A stretch of DNA of 64,000 bases, taken from contig OZ024740.1 in NCBI GenBank assembly GCA_964016885.1, positions 30,008,001 to 30,072,000 on the forward strand, read 5' to 3'. The notes beneath the pieces are model-generated. The model had not been told where the DNA came from. It was given only the letters and a program-made list of their open reading frames with translations, and made no database searches. Both the position numbers and the translations under genes were made by a program. Shown piece after piece: positions 17,501 through 30,600 of this stretch; the first letter of the stretch is position 1, and the number at the start of each line of letters is the position of its first letter. Origin of the DNA: Eledone cirrhosa (Eukaryota).

Positions 17501-18780
17501 TAGTAACAACAACAACATCACCAATAACAACAACAGTAACAACAACAACATCACCAATAACAACAACAGTAACAACAACAACATCACCAATAACAACAAC
17601 AGTAACAACAACAGCAGCACCAATAACAGCAACAGAAACAACAACAACATCACCAATAACAACAACAGTAACAACAACAACATCACCTATAACAGCAACA
17701 GTAACAACAACAACATCACCTATAACAGCAACAGTAACAACAACAACATCACCTATAACAGCAACAGTAACAACAACAGCAGCACCAATAACAGCAACAG
17801 TAACAATAATAACAGCAGCACCAATAACAACAACAGTAACAAAAACAGCAGCACCAATAACAACAACAGTAACAACAACAGCAGCACCAATAACAACAAC
17901 AACAGTAACAACAACAACATCACCAATAACAGCAACAGCAACAACAACAACATCACCAATAACAACAACAGTAACAACAACAACAGCACCAATAACAACA
18001 AGAGTAACAACAACATCACCAATAACAACAACAGTAACAACAACAACAGCACCAATAACAACAAGAGTAACAACAACATCACCAATAACAACAACAGTAA
18101 CAACAACAACAGCACCAATAACAACAAGAGTAACAACAACATCACCAATAACAACAACAGTAACAACAACAACAGCACCAATAACAACAAGAGTAACAAC
18201 AACATCACCAATAACAGCAACAGTAACAACAACAACAGCACCAATAACAACAACAGTAACAACAACATCACCAATAACAGCAACAGTAACAACAACAGCA
18301 GCACCAATAACAGCAATAGTAACAACAACAGCAGCACCAATAACAACAACAGGAACAACAACAACATCGCCAATAACGACAACAGTAACAACAACGACAG
18401 CACCAATAACAGCCACAGTAACAACAGCAGCAGCAACAATAACAACAACAGTAACAACAACATCACCAATAACAGCAACAGTAACAACAACAGCAGCACC
18501 AATAACAGCAACAGTAACGACAACATCACCAATAACAGCCACAGTAACAACAGCAGCAGCAACAATAACAACAACAGTAACAACAACATCACCGATAACA
18601 GCAACAGTAACAACAACAGCAGCACCAATAACAGCAACAGTAACAACAACATCACCAATAACAGCAACAGTAACAACAACATCACCAATAACAGCAACAG
18701 TAACAACAACAGCAGCCCCAATAACAGCAACAGTAACAACAACAACATCACCAATAACAACAACAGTAACAACAACATAA
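5503..18780 (+). other. Mucin-like Thr/Pro/Ser-rich open frame (PITTTVTTTTS repeats, 4425 aa); coding status unproven
   Basis: ORF track. No signal peptide or Cys-rich/vWD domain is visible. In-frame TCA>TAA stops at 3314, 18778 and 21739, and 1-bp deletions near 4217, 4525, 4686 and 4847. A long open frame is expected from a triplet-derived repeat. Confidence 0.2.
6530..18760 (+). repeat. Higher-order tandem duplication of ~6.06 kb inside the minisatellite (copy 1 ~6530-12660, copy 2 ~12660-18760)
   Basis: Rare variants recur at +6060: the 60-bp line at 7141 equals the line at 13201 (atgtcagca...tcttcaataacc), and acatcgccaataacgac occurs at 12304 and 18364. Confidence 0.9.
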
Positions 18781-21700
18781 CCAATAACAACAACAGTAAC
18801 AACAACATCACCAATAACAACAACAGTAACAACAACATCACCAATAACAACAACAGTAACAACAACAGCAGCACCAATAACAGCAACAGTAACAACAACA
18901 GCAGCACCAATAACATCAACAGTAACAACAACAACATCACCAATAACAACAACAGTAACAACAACAACAGCACCAATAACAACAACAGTAACAACAACAA
19001 CAGCACCAATAACAACAACAGTAACAACAGCAGCAGCACCAATAACAGCAACAGTAACAACAACAACATCACCAATAACAACAACAGTAACAACAACAAC
19101 AGCACCAATAACAACAACAGTAACAACAACAACATCACCAATAACAACAACAGTAACAACAACAACAGCACCAATAACAACAACAGTAACAACAACAACA
19201 GCACCAATAACAACAACAGTAACAGCAGCAGCAGCACCAATAACAGCAACCGTAACAACAACAACATCACCAATAACAACAACAGTAACAACAACAACAG
19301 CACCAATAACAACAACAGTAACAACAACAACATCACCAATAAAAGCAACAGTAACAACAACAACATCACCAATAACAACAACAGTAACAACAGCAGCAGC
19401 ACCAATAACAGCAACAACAACAACAGCACCAATAACAACAACAGTAACAACAACAACATCACCAATAACAACAACAGTAACAACAACAGCAGCACCAATA
19501 ACAGCAACAATAACAACAACAACATCACCAATAACAGCAACAGTAACAACAACAACATCACCAATAACAACAACATTAACAACAACAACATCACCAATAA
19601 CAACAACAGTAACAACAACAACAGCACCAATAACAACAACAGTAACAACAACAACATCACCAATAACAGCAACAGTAACAACAACAACATCACCAATAAC
19701 AACAACATTAACAACAACAACATCACCAATAACAACAACAGTAACAACAACAACATCACCAATAACAACAACAGTAACAACAACAACAGCACCTATAACA
19801 GCAACAGTAACAACAACAACATCACCTATAACAGCAACAGTAAGAACAACATCACCAATAACAACAACAGTAACAACAACAACATCACCAATAACAACAA
19901 CAGTAACAACAGCAGCAGCACCAATAACAGCAACAGTAACAACAACAACATCACCAATAACAGCAACAGTAACAACAACAACATCACCAATAACAACAAC
20001 AGTAACAACAACAACAGCACCAATAACAGCAACAGTAACAACAACAACATCACCAATAACAACAACAGTAACAACAACAACATCACCAATAACAGCAACA
20101 GTAACAACAACAACATCACCAATAACAACAACAGTAACAACAACATCATCACCAATAACAACAACAGTAACAACAGCAGCACCAATAACAGCAACAGTAA
20201 CAACAGCAGCAGCACCAATAACAACAATAGTAACAACAACAACATCATCAATAACAGCAACAGTAACAACAACAACATCACCAATAACAACAACAGTAAC
20301 AACAACAACATCACCAATAACAGCAACAGTAACAACAACAACATCACCTATAACAGCAACAGTAACAACAACAGCAGCACCAATAACAACAACAGTAACA
20401 ACAACAGCAGCACCAATAACAACAACAGTAACAACAACAACATCACCAATAACAACAACAGTAACAACAACAACATCACCAATATCAACAACAGTAACAA
20501 CAACAACATCACCAATAACAACAACAGTAACAACAACAGCAGCACCAATAACAGCAACAGAAACAACAACAACATCACCAATAACAACAACAGTAACAAC
20601 AACAACATCACCTATAACAGCAACAGTAACAACAACAACATCACCTATAACAGCAACAGTAACAACAACAACATCACCTATAACAGCAACAGTAACAACA
20701 ACAGCAGCACCAATAACAGCAACAGTAACAATAATAACAGCAGCACCAATAACAACAACAGTAACAACAACAGCAGCACCAATAACAACAACAGTAACAA
20801 CAACAGCAGCACCAATAACAACAACAACAGTAACAACAACAACATCACCAATAACAGCAACAGCAACAACAACAACATCACCAATAACAACAACAGTAAG
20901 AACAACAACAGCACCAATAACAACAAGAGTAACAACAACAGCAGCACCAATAACAGCAACAGTAACAACAACAGCAGCACCAATAACAGCAACAGAAACA
21001 ACAACAACAGCACCAATAACAACAACAGTAACAACAACAACATCACCAATAACAGCAACAATAACAACAGCAGCAGCACCAATAACAACAACAGTAACAA
21101 CAACATCACCAATAACAGCAACAGTAACAACAACAGCAGCACCAATAACAGCAATAGTAACAACAACAGCAGCACCAATAACAACAACAGGAACAACAAC
21201 AACATCGCCAATAACAACAACAGTAACAACAACAACAGCACCAATAACAGCCACAGTAACAACAGCAGCAGCAACAATAACAACAACAGTAACAACAACA
21301 TCACCAATAACAGCAACAGTAACAACAACAGCAGCACCAATAACAGCAACAGTAACGACAACATCACCAATAACAGCCACAGTAACAACAACAGCAGCAA
21401 CAATAACAACAACAGTAACAACAACATCACCAATAACAGCAACAGTAACAACAACAGCAGCACCAATAACAGCAACAGTAACGACAACATCACCAATAAC
21501 AGCCACAGTAACAACAACAGCAGCAACAATAACAACAACAGTAACAACAACATCACCGATAACAGCAACAGTAACAACAACAGCAGCACCAATAACAGCA
21601 ACAGTAACAACAACATCACCAATAACAGCAACAGTAACAACAACATCACCAATAACAGCAACAGTAACAACAACAGCAGCCCCAATAACAGCAACAGTAA

Positions 21701-24619
21701 CGACAACATCACCAATAACAACAACAGTAACAACAACATAACCAATAACAACAACAGTAACAACAACATCACCAATAACAACAACAGTAACAACAACATC
21801 ACCAATAACAACAACAGTAACATCAACAGCAGCACCAATAACAGCAACAGTAACAACAACAGCAGCACCAATAACATCAACAGTAACAACAACAACATCA
21901 CCAATAACAACAACAGTAACAACAACAACAGCACCAATAACAACAACAGTAACAACAACAACAGCACCAATAACAACAACAGTAACAACAGCAGCAGCAC
22001 CAATAACAGCAACAGTAACAACAACAACATCACCAATAACAACAACAGTAACAACAACAACAGCACCAATAACAACAACAGTAACAACAACAACATCACC
22101 AATAACAACAACAGTAACAACAACAACAGCACCAATAACAACAACAGTAACAACAACAACAGCACCAATAACAACAACAGTAACAACAGCAGCAGCACCA
22201 ATAACAGCAACAGTAACAACAACAACATCACCAATAACAACAACAGTAACAACAACAACAGCACCAATAACAACAACAGTAACAACAACAACATCACCAA
22301 TAACAGCAACAGTAACAACAACAACATCACCAATAACAACAACAGTAACAACAGCAGCAGCACCAATAACAGCAACAGTAACAACAACAACAGCACCAAT
22401 AACAACAACAGTAACAACAACAACATCACCAATAACAACAACAGTAACAACAACAGCAGCACCAATAACAGCAACAATAACAACAACAACATCACCAATA
22501 ACAGCAACAGTAACAACAACATCACCAATAACAACAACAGTAACAACAACAACATCACCAATAACAACAACAGTAACAACAACAACAGCACCAATAACAA
22601 CAACAGTAACAACAACAACAGCACCTATAACAGCAACAGTAACAACAACAACATCACCTATAACAGCAACAGTAAGAACAACATCACCAATAACAACAAC
22701 AGTAACAACAACATCACCAATAACAGCAACAGTAACAACAACAACATCACCAATAACAACAACAGTAACAACAACAACAGCACCAATAACAGCAACAGTA
22801 ACAACAACAACATCACCAATAACAACAACAGTAACAACAACAACATCACCAATAACAGCAACAGTAACAACAACAACATCACCAATAACAACAACAGTAA
22901 CAACAACATCATCACCAATAACAACAACAGTAACAACAGCAGCAGCACCAATAACAGCAACAGTAACAACAGCAGCAGCACCAATAACAACAATAGTAAC
23001 AACAACAACATCATCAATAACAGCAACAGTAACAACAACAACATCACCAATAACAACAACAGTAACAACAACAACATCACCATTAACAGCAACAGTAACA
23101 ACAACAACATCGCCTATAACAACAACAGTAACAACAACAACAGCACCAATAACAGCAACAGTAACAACAACAGCACCAATAACAGCAACAGTAACAGCAA
23201 CAGCACCAATAACAGCAACAGTAACAGCAACAGCAACAATAACAGCAACAGTAACAGCAACAGCACCAATAACAGCAACAGTAACAGCAACAGCACCAAT
23301 AACAGCAACAGTAACAACAACAACAGCAACAGTACCAACAACATCACCAATAACAGCAACAGTAACAACAACATCACCAATAATAGCAACAGTAACAACA
23401 ACAACAGCACCAATAACAGCAACAGTAACAACAACAACAGCAACAATAACAACAACATCACCAATAACAGCAACAGTAACAACAACATCACCAATAACAG
23501 CAACAGTAACAACAACAACATCACCAATAACAGCAACAGTAACAACAACAACAGCAACAGTAACAACAACATCACCAATAACAGCAACAGTAACAACAAC
23601 ATCACCAATAACAGCAACAGTAACAACAACAGCACCAATAACAGCAACAGTAACAGCAACAGCACCAATAACAGCAACAGTAACAGCAACAGCACCAATA
23701 ACAGCAACAGTAACAACAACAGCACCAATAACAGCAACAGTAACAGCAACAGCACCAATAACAGCAACAGTAACAACAACAGCAACAGTAACAACAACAT
23801 CACCAATAACAGCAACAGTGACAGCAACAGCACCAATAACAGCAACAGTAACAACAACAGCACCAATAACAGCAACAGTAACAACAACAGCACCAATAAC
23901 AGCAACAGTAACAACAACAGCAACAATAACAACAACAGTAACAACAACAGCACCAATAACAGCAACAGTAACAACAACAACAGCACCAATAACAGCAACA
24001 GTAACAACTTCACCAATAACAGCAACAGTAACAACAACAGCAACAATAACAGCAACAGTAACAACAACATCACCAATAACAGCAACAGTAACAACAACAG
24101 CACCAATAACAGCAACAGTAACAACAACAGCACCAATAACAGCAACAGTAACAACAACAGCACCAATAACAGCAACAGTAACAACAACATCACCAATAAC
24201 AGCAACAGTAACAGCAACAGCACCAATAACAGCAACAGTAACAACAACAGCACCAATAACAGCAACAGTAACAACAACAGCACCAATAACAGCAACAGTA
24301 ACAACAACAGCACCAATAACAACAACATTATCAACAACAATAATAATAACAACATCAATAACAGCAACAATAATACACTAACTACAACATCAATAACAAC
24401 AATTGAACCACTGGTACGTGTATCTGACTGATTCTTTAGGTCATCGCCCCGAAAACTGAAAAAAAGGGAAACAGTTGACGTAGAGGAGATTCGATCCCAT
24501 CATCTAATGAATCGCCACAAATACTACAACGGATTGTTTTCTCAACCTTCTAATGATTCTACCCATCTATCGCCCTTATTCTCTCATACGTCTTCTCGAT
24601 AACCAGAATATCAGTCGAG

Positions 24620-27600
24620 CCCGTAGCAGTGGAGGCTTCTTGTGTCGTTAGCCCTAGGACCACCTCATTACTCACCACCATCAGTACCCCGTAACTGTGG
24701 AGACTTCTGGTATCCTTGGCCCTAGGACCACCTCCCTACTCACCACCATCGATACCCCGTAACTGTGGACACTTCTGGTGTCCTTGACCCTAGGACCTCC
24801 TCCCTACTCACCACCATCGCTACGGCGTAAGTGTGGAGACTTCTGGTGTCCTTGACCATAGGACCGCCTCCCTACTCACCACCATCTGAACCCCATAACT
24901 GTGGAGTCCTCTGGTGTCGTTAGCTCTAGAACCACCTCCCTACTCACCACCATCGGTACCTGGTAACTGTGGAGATATCTGGTGTCCTTGTCCCTAGGAC
25001 CACTTCTTTACTAACCACCATCGGTACCCCGTTACTGTGGAGACTTCCGGTGTCCTTGGCCCTAGGACTACCTCCTTACTCACCACCATCTGTAACCCGT
25101 AACTGTGGAGACTTCTGGTGTCCTTGGCCCTAAGACCACCTCTTTACTCACGACCATCGCTACGGCGTTAGTGTGGAGACTTCTGGTATCCTGGGCCCTA
25201 GGACCACCTCACTACTCACCAACATCGGTACCCCATAACTGTGGAGACCTCTGGTGATCTTGGCCCTAGGACTACCTTCCTACTCACCACCATCAGCACC
25301 TTGTAATAGTGGAGACCTCTGGTGTCGTTGGCCCTAGGACACCTCCTTACTCACCACCATCGGTACCCCGTAACTGTGGGGACCTCTGGTGTCGTTGGCC
25401 CTAAGACCACCTCCGTAATCACAACCATCTGTACCTCGTAACTGTGGAAACCTCTGGTGTCCTTGGCCCGAGGACCAGCTCTTTACTCACCACCATCGGT
25501 ACCCCGTTACTGTGGAGACTTCCGGTGTCCTTGGGCCTAGGACCACCTCCCTACTCACCACCATCGGTACCCCATTACTGTGGAGACCTCTGGTGATCTT
25601 GGCCCTAGGACTACCTGCCTACTCACCACCATCAGTACCTTGTAATAGTGGAGACCTCTGGTGTCGTTGGCCCTAGGACCACCTCCTTACTCACCACCAT
25701 CGGTACCTCGTAACTGTGGAAAACCTCTGGTGTCCTTGGCCCTAGGACCACCTCCCTAATCACCACCATCGCTACTCCGTTACTGTGGAGACCCTGGTGT
25801 CCTTGGCCCTAGGACCACCTCCTAACTCACCAAGATCGGTACCCCGTAACTTGGAGACTTCTGGTGTCCTTTGCCCTAGGACCACCTCCCTACTCACGAG
25901 GATCGGTATGGCGTAGCTCTGGAGACTTCTGGTGTCCTTGCCCCTAGGACCACCTCCCTACTCACCACCATCACTACCCCGTTACTGTGGAGACCTCTGG
26001 TGTCCTTGATTCTAGGACCACCTCCCTACTCAACACCATCAGCACCTTGTAATAGTGGAGACCTCTGGTGTCGTTGGCCCTAGGACCACCTCCTTACTCA
26101 CCACCATCGGTACCCCGTATCTGTGGGGACCTCTGGTGTCGTTGGCCCTAAGACCACCTCCGTAATCACCACCATCGGTACCTCGTAACTGTGGAAACCT
26201 CTGGTATCCTTGGCCCGAGGACCACCTCTTTACTCACCACCATCGGTACCCAGTTACTGTGGAGACTTCCGGTGTCCTTGGGCCTAGGACCACCTCCCTA
26301 CTCACCACCATCGGTACCCCATTACTGTGGAGACCTCTGGTGTCCTTGGCCCTAAGACCACTTCCTTACTCACCACCATCGCTACCCCGTAACTGTGGAG
26401 ACTTCTGGTTTCCTTGGCCCGTGGACCACCTCCCTACTCACGACCATCGGTACCCCGATAACTGTGGAGACCTCTGGTGTCGTTGGCCCTAGGACCACCT
26501 GACTACTCACCACCATCGCTACCCCGTAACTGTGGAGACTTCTGGTTTCCTTGGCCCGTGGACCACCTCCCTACTCACCACCATCGGTACCGCGTAACTG
26601 TCGAGACCTCTGGTATCCTTGGCCCTAGAACCACCTCCCTACTCACCACCATTTGTACCCCATAACTGTGGAGAACTCTGATGTCCTTGGCCCTAGGACC
26701 ACCTCTTTACTTACCACCATCGCTACCCGTTATGGTGGAGACTTCTGGTATCTTTAGCCCTAGGACCACCTCACTACTCACGACGATCGGTACGGCGTAG
26801 CTCTGGAGAATTCTGGTGTGCTTGCCCCTAGGACCAGCTCCCTACTCACGACCATCGGTACCCCGTAACTTTGGAGTCTTCTGGTATCCTTGGCCCTAGG
26901 ACCACCTCCTTACTCACAACCATATGTTCCCTTGTAACTGTGGAGACCTCTGGTGACATTGGCCCAAGGACCGCCTCCCTACTCACCACCGTCGGTACCA
27001 CGTAACTGTGGAGACCTCTGGTGTCTTTGGCCCTAGGACCACCTCTTTACTCACCACCATCGCTACGCCATAAGTGTTGAGACCTCTGGTGTCCTTGGCC
27101 CTAGGGACACCTCCCTACTCACTACCATCACTACCCCGTTACTGTGGAGACTTCTGGTGTCCTTGGCCTTAGGACCACCTCCCTACTCACCAACATCAGT
27201 ACCACGTAACTGTGGAGACTTCTGGTATCCTTGGCCCTAGGACCACCTCCCTACTCACCACCATCAGCACCCCGTAACTGTGGAAACCTCTGGTGTCCTT
27301 GGCCCTAGGACTCCTCCCTACTCACCACCATCGGTACCCCATAACTGTAGAGACCTCTGGTGTCGTTGGGCCTAAGACCACATCTCTAATCACCACCATC
27401 GGTACCTCGTAACTGTGGAGACCTCTGGTGTCCTTGGCCCTAGGACCACCTCTTTACTCACCACCATCGGTACCCCGTTACTGTGGAGACTTCCGGTGAC
27501 CTAGGCCCTAGGACCACCTCCTTACTCACCACCATCGCTACCCCGTAACTGTGGAGACTTCTGGTGTCCTTGGCCCGTGGATCACCTCCCTACTCACCAC

Positions 27601-30600
27601 CATCGGTACCTCGTAATTGTGAAGACCTCTGGTGTCCTTGGCCCTAGGACCACCTCCCTACTCACGACCATCGGTACCCCATAACTGTGGAGACCTCTGT
27701 TGTCCTTGGCCCTAGGACCACCTCCCTAATCACCACAATAAGCACCTTGTACTAGTGGAGACCTCTGGTGTCGTTGGCCCTAGGACCACCTCCTACTCAC
27801 CACCATCGGTACCCCATAACTGTGGAGACCTCTGGTGTCGTTAGCCCTAGGACCACCTCCCTACTCACCATCTTCGGTATCTCGTAACTGTGGAGACCTT
27901 TTGTTTCCTTGGCAATAGGGCCACCTCTTTACTCACCACCATCGGGACCCCGTAACTGTGGAGACTTCCGGTCTCCTTGGCCCTAGGACTACCTACCTAC
28001 TCACCACCATCTGTACCCCGTAACTTTGGAGACGTCTGGTATCCTAGGCCCTAGGACCACCTCCCTACTCACCACCATCGGTACCCCGTAACTGTGGGGA
28101 CTTCTGGTATCCTTGGCCCTAGGACCACCTCCCTACTCACCACCATCGGTACCCCTTAACTGTCGAGACTTCTGGCATCCTTGGCCCTAGGACCACCTCC
28201 TTACTCACCACCATCGGTACCCAAAAACTGTGGTGACCTCTGGTGTCGTTAGCCCTAGGACCACCTCCTTACTCACCATCATCGGTACGCCGTAACTGTT
28301 GGGACTTCTGGTGTCATTGGCCCTAGGACCACCTCCTTACTCACCACCATCAGTACTTCGTAACTGTGGGGACTCTTGGTGTCCTTGACCCTAGAACCAC
28401 CTCCTTACTCACCACCATCGCTACCTCGTTACTGTGGAGACTTCTGGTGTCCTTGGCCTTAGGACCACCTCCGTACTCACGACCATCAGTACCCCGTAAC
28501 TGTGGAGACTTCTGGAGTTTGGGGCCCTAGGAACACCTGCCTATTCAACACCATCAGCACCCAGTAACTGTGGAAACATCTGGTATCCTTGGCCCTAGGA
28601 CCACCTCCCTACTTACGGCCATTGCTACGCCGTAAGTGTGGAGACTTCTGGTATCATTGGCCCTAGTACCACCTCCCTCCTCACCACCATCGGTACCCCA
28701 TAACTGTGGAGACCTCTGGTTATTTGTCCCTAGGACCACCTCCCTAATCACCACCATCGCTACCCCGTTACTGTGGAGAACTCTGGTGTCCTTGGCTCTA
28801 CGACCACCTCCGTACTCACCACCATCGTTACCCCGTTACTGTGGAGACCTCTGGTGTCCTTGGCCCTAGGATCACCTCCCTACTCACCACCATCGTTACC
28901 CCGTTACTGTGGAGACCTCTGGTGTCCTTGGCTCTACGACCACCTCCCTACTCACCACCATCGATATCCCATAACTGTGGAGTCCTCTTGTTTCCTTGGC
29001 CCTAGGATCACCTCTTTACTCACCACCATCGGTACCCCGAGGTGTACTCCCCGTTACTGTGGAGAACTCATTGGCCCAAGGCAACCTCTTTACTCACCAA
29101 CATCGGTACCCGTAACTGTGGACAATTATGATGTCCTTGGCCCTAGGAACACCTCCCTACTCCCGACCATCGGTACGCCGTAACTGTGGAGACTTCTGGT
29201 GTCATTGGCCCTAGGACCACCTCCTTACTCACCACCATCGGTACCCCATAAATGTGGAGACCTCTGGTGCACTTGGCCCTAGGACCACCTCCCTACTCAC
29301 CACCATCAGTACCCCGTAACTGTGGGGACTTTTGGTGTCATTGGCCCTAGGACCACCTCCTTACTCACCACCATCGGTACCCCATAAATGTGGAGACCTC
29401 TGGTGGACTTGGCCCTAGGACCACCTCCCTACTCACCACCATTGGTACCCCGTTACTGTGGAGACCTCTGGTGTCCTTGGCTCTACGACCACCTCCGTAC
29501 TCACCACCATCGTTACCCCGTTACTGTGGAGACCTCTGGTGTCCTTGGCCCTAGGACCACCTCCCTACTCACCACCATTGGTACCCCGTTACTGTGGAGA
29601 CCTCTGGTGTCCTTGGCTCTACGACCACCTCCGTACTCACCACCATCGCTACCCCGTTATGTGGAGATTTCTGGTGTCCTTGGCCCTAGGACCACCTCCC
29701 TACACACCACCATCTGTACCTCGTAACTGTGGGGACTTTTGGTGTCCTTGGCCCTAGGACCACCCCCTTACTCACCACCATCGCTACCCCGTTACTGTGG
29801 AGACCTCTGGTGTCCTTGGCCCTAGGACCACCTCCTACTCACCACCATCGTTACCCCGTTACTGTGGAGACCTCTGGTGTCCTTGGCTCTACGACCACCT
29901 CCCTACTCACCACCATCGATATCCCATAACTGTGGAGTCCTCTTGTTTCCTTGGCCCTAGGATCACCTCTTTACTCACCACCATCGGTACCCCGTAACTG
30001 TGGAGACTTCTGGTATCCTTGGCCCTAGGAACACCTCCCTAATCACCACCATCGTTACCCTGTAATTGTGGGGACTTCTGGTGTCCTTGGCCCTAGGACC
30101 ACCTCCCTACACACCACCATCTGTACCTCGTAACTGTGGGGACTTCTGGTATCCTTGGCCCTAGGACCACCTCCCTACTCACCACCTTCGGTATCTCGTA
30201 ACTTTGGATTTTTTTTTTTACTTGGCCCTAGGATCACCTCTTTACACACCACCATCGGTACCCCGTAACAGTGGGGACTTCTGGTGTCCTTGGCCCTAGG
30301 ACCACCTCCTTACTCATCAACATCGGTTCACCACCATAACTGTGGAAACCTCTGGTGTCCTTGGCCCTAGGACCACCTCTTTACTCACCACCATCGGTAC
30401 CCCGTAACTGGTGGAGACTTCCGGTGTCCTTGGCCCTAGGACCACCTCCCTTCTCACCACCATCGGTACGCCGTAACTGTGGAGACTTCTGGTGTCCTTG
30501 CCCCTAGGACTGCCTCCCTACTCAAAACATCTGTACCCCAAAACTGAGGAGACATCTGGTATCCTTGGCCCTAGGACCACCTCCCTACTCAAAACCATCG

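Larger units (their letters stand above)
1251..24400 (+). repeat. ~23-kb (ACA)n-derived minisatellite, 33-bp unit (30-bp variants), consensus CCAATAACA(A/G)CAACAGTAACAACAACA(A/G)CA(T/G)CA, roughly 700 units
   Basis: Periodic ccaata...gta...tca/gca pattern read directly. Length variation is mostly in whole ACA triplets. 30-bp units dominate after ~23110. Confidence 0.97.

Noticed and set aside
132-24370. Poly-Leu and poly-Val ORFs (up to 5581 aa) on the GTT strand
   Set aside because: They are automatic products of stop-free frames in a (GTT)n-derived repeat, with no domain structure.
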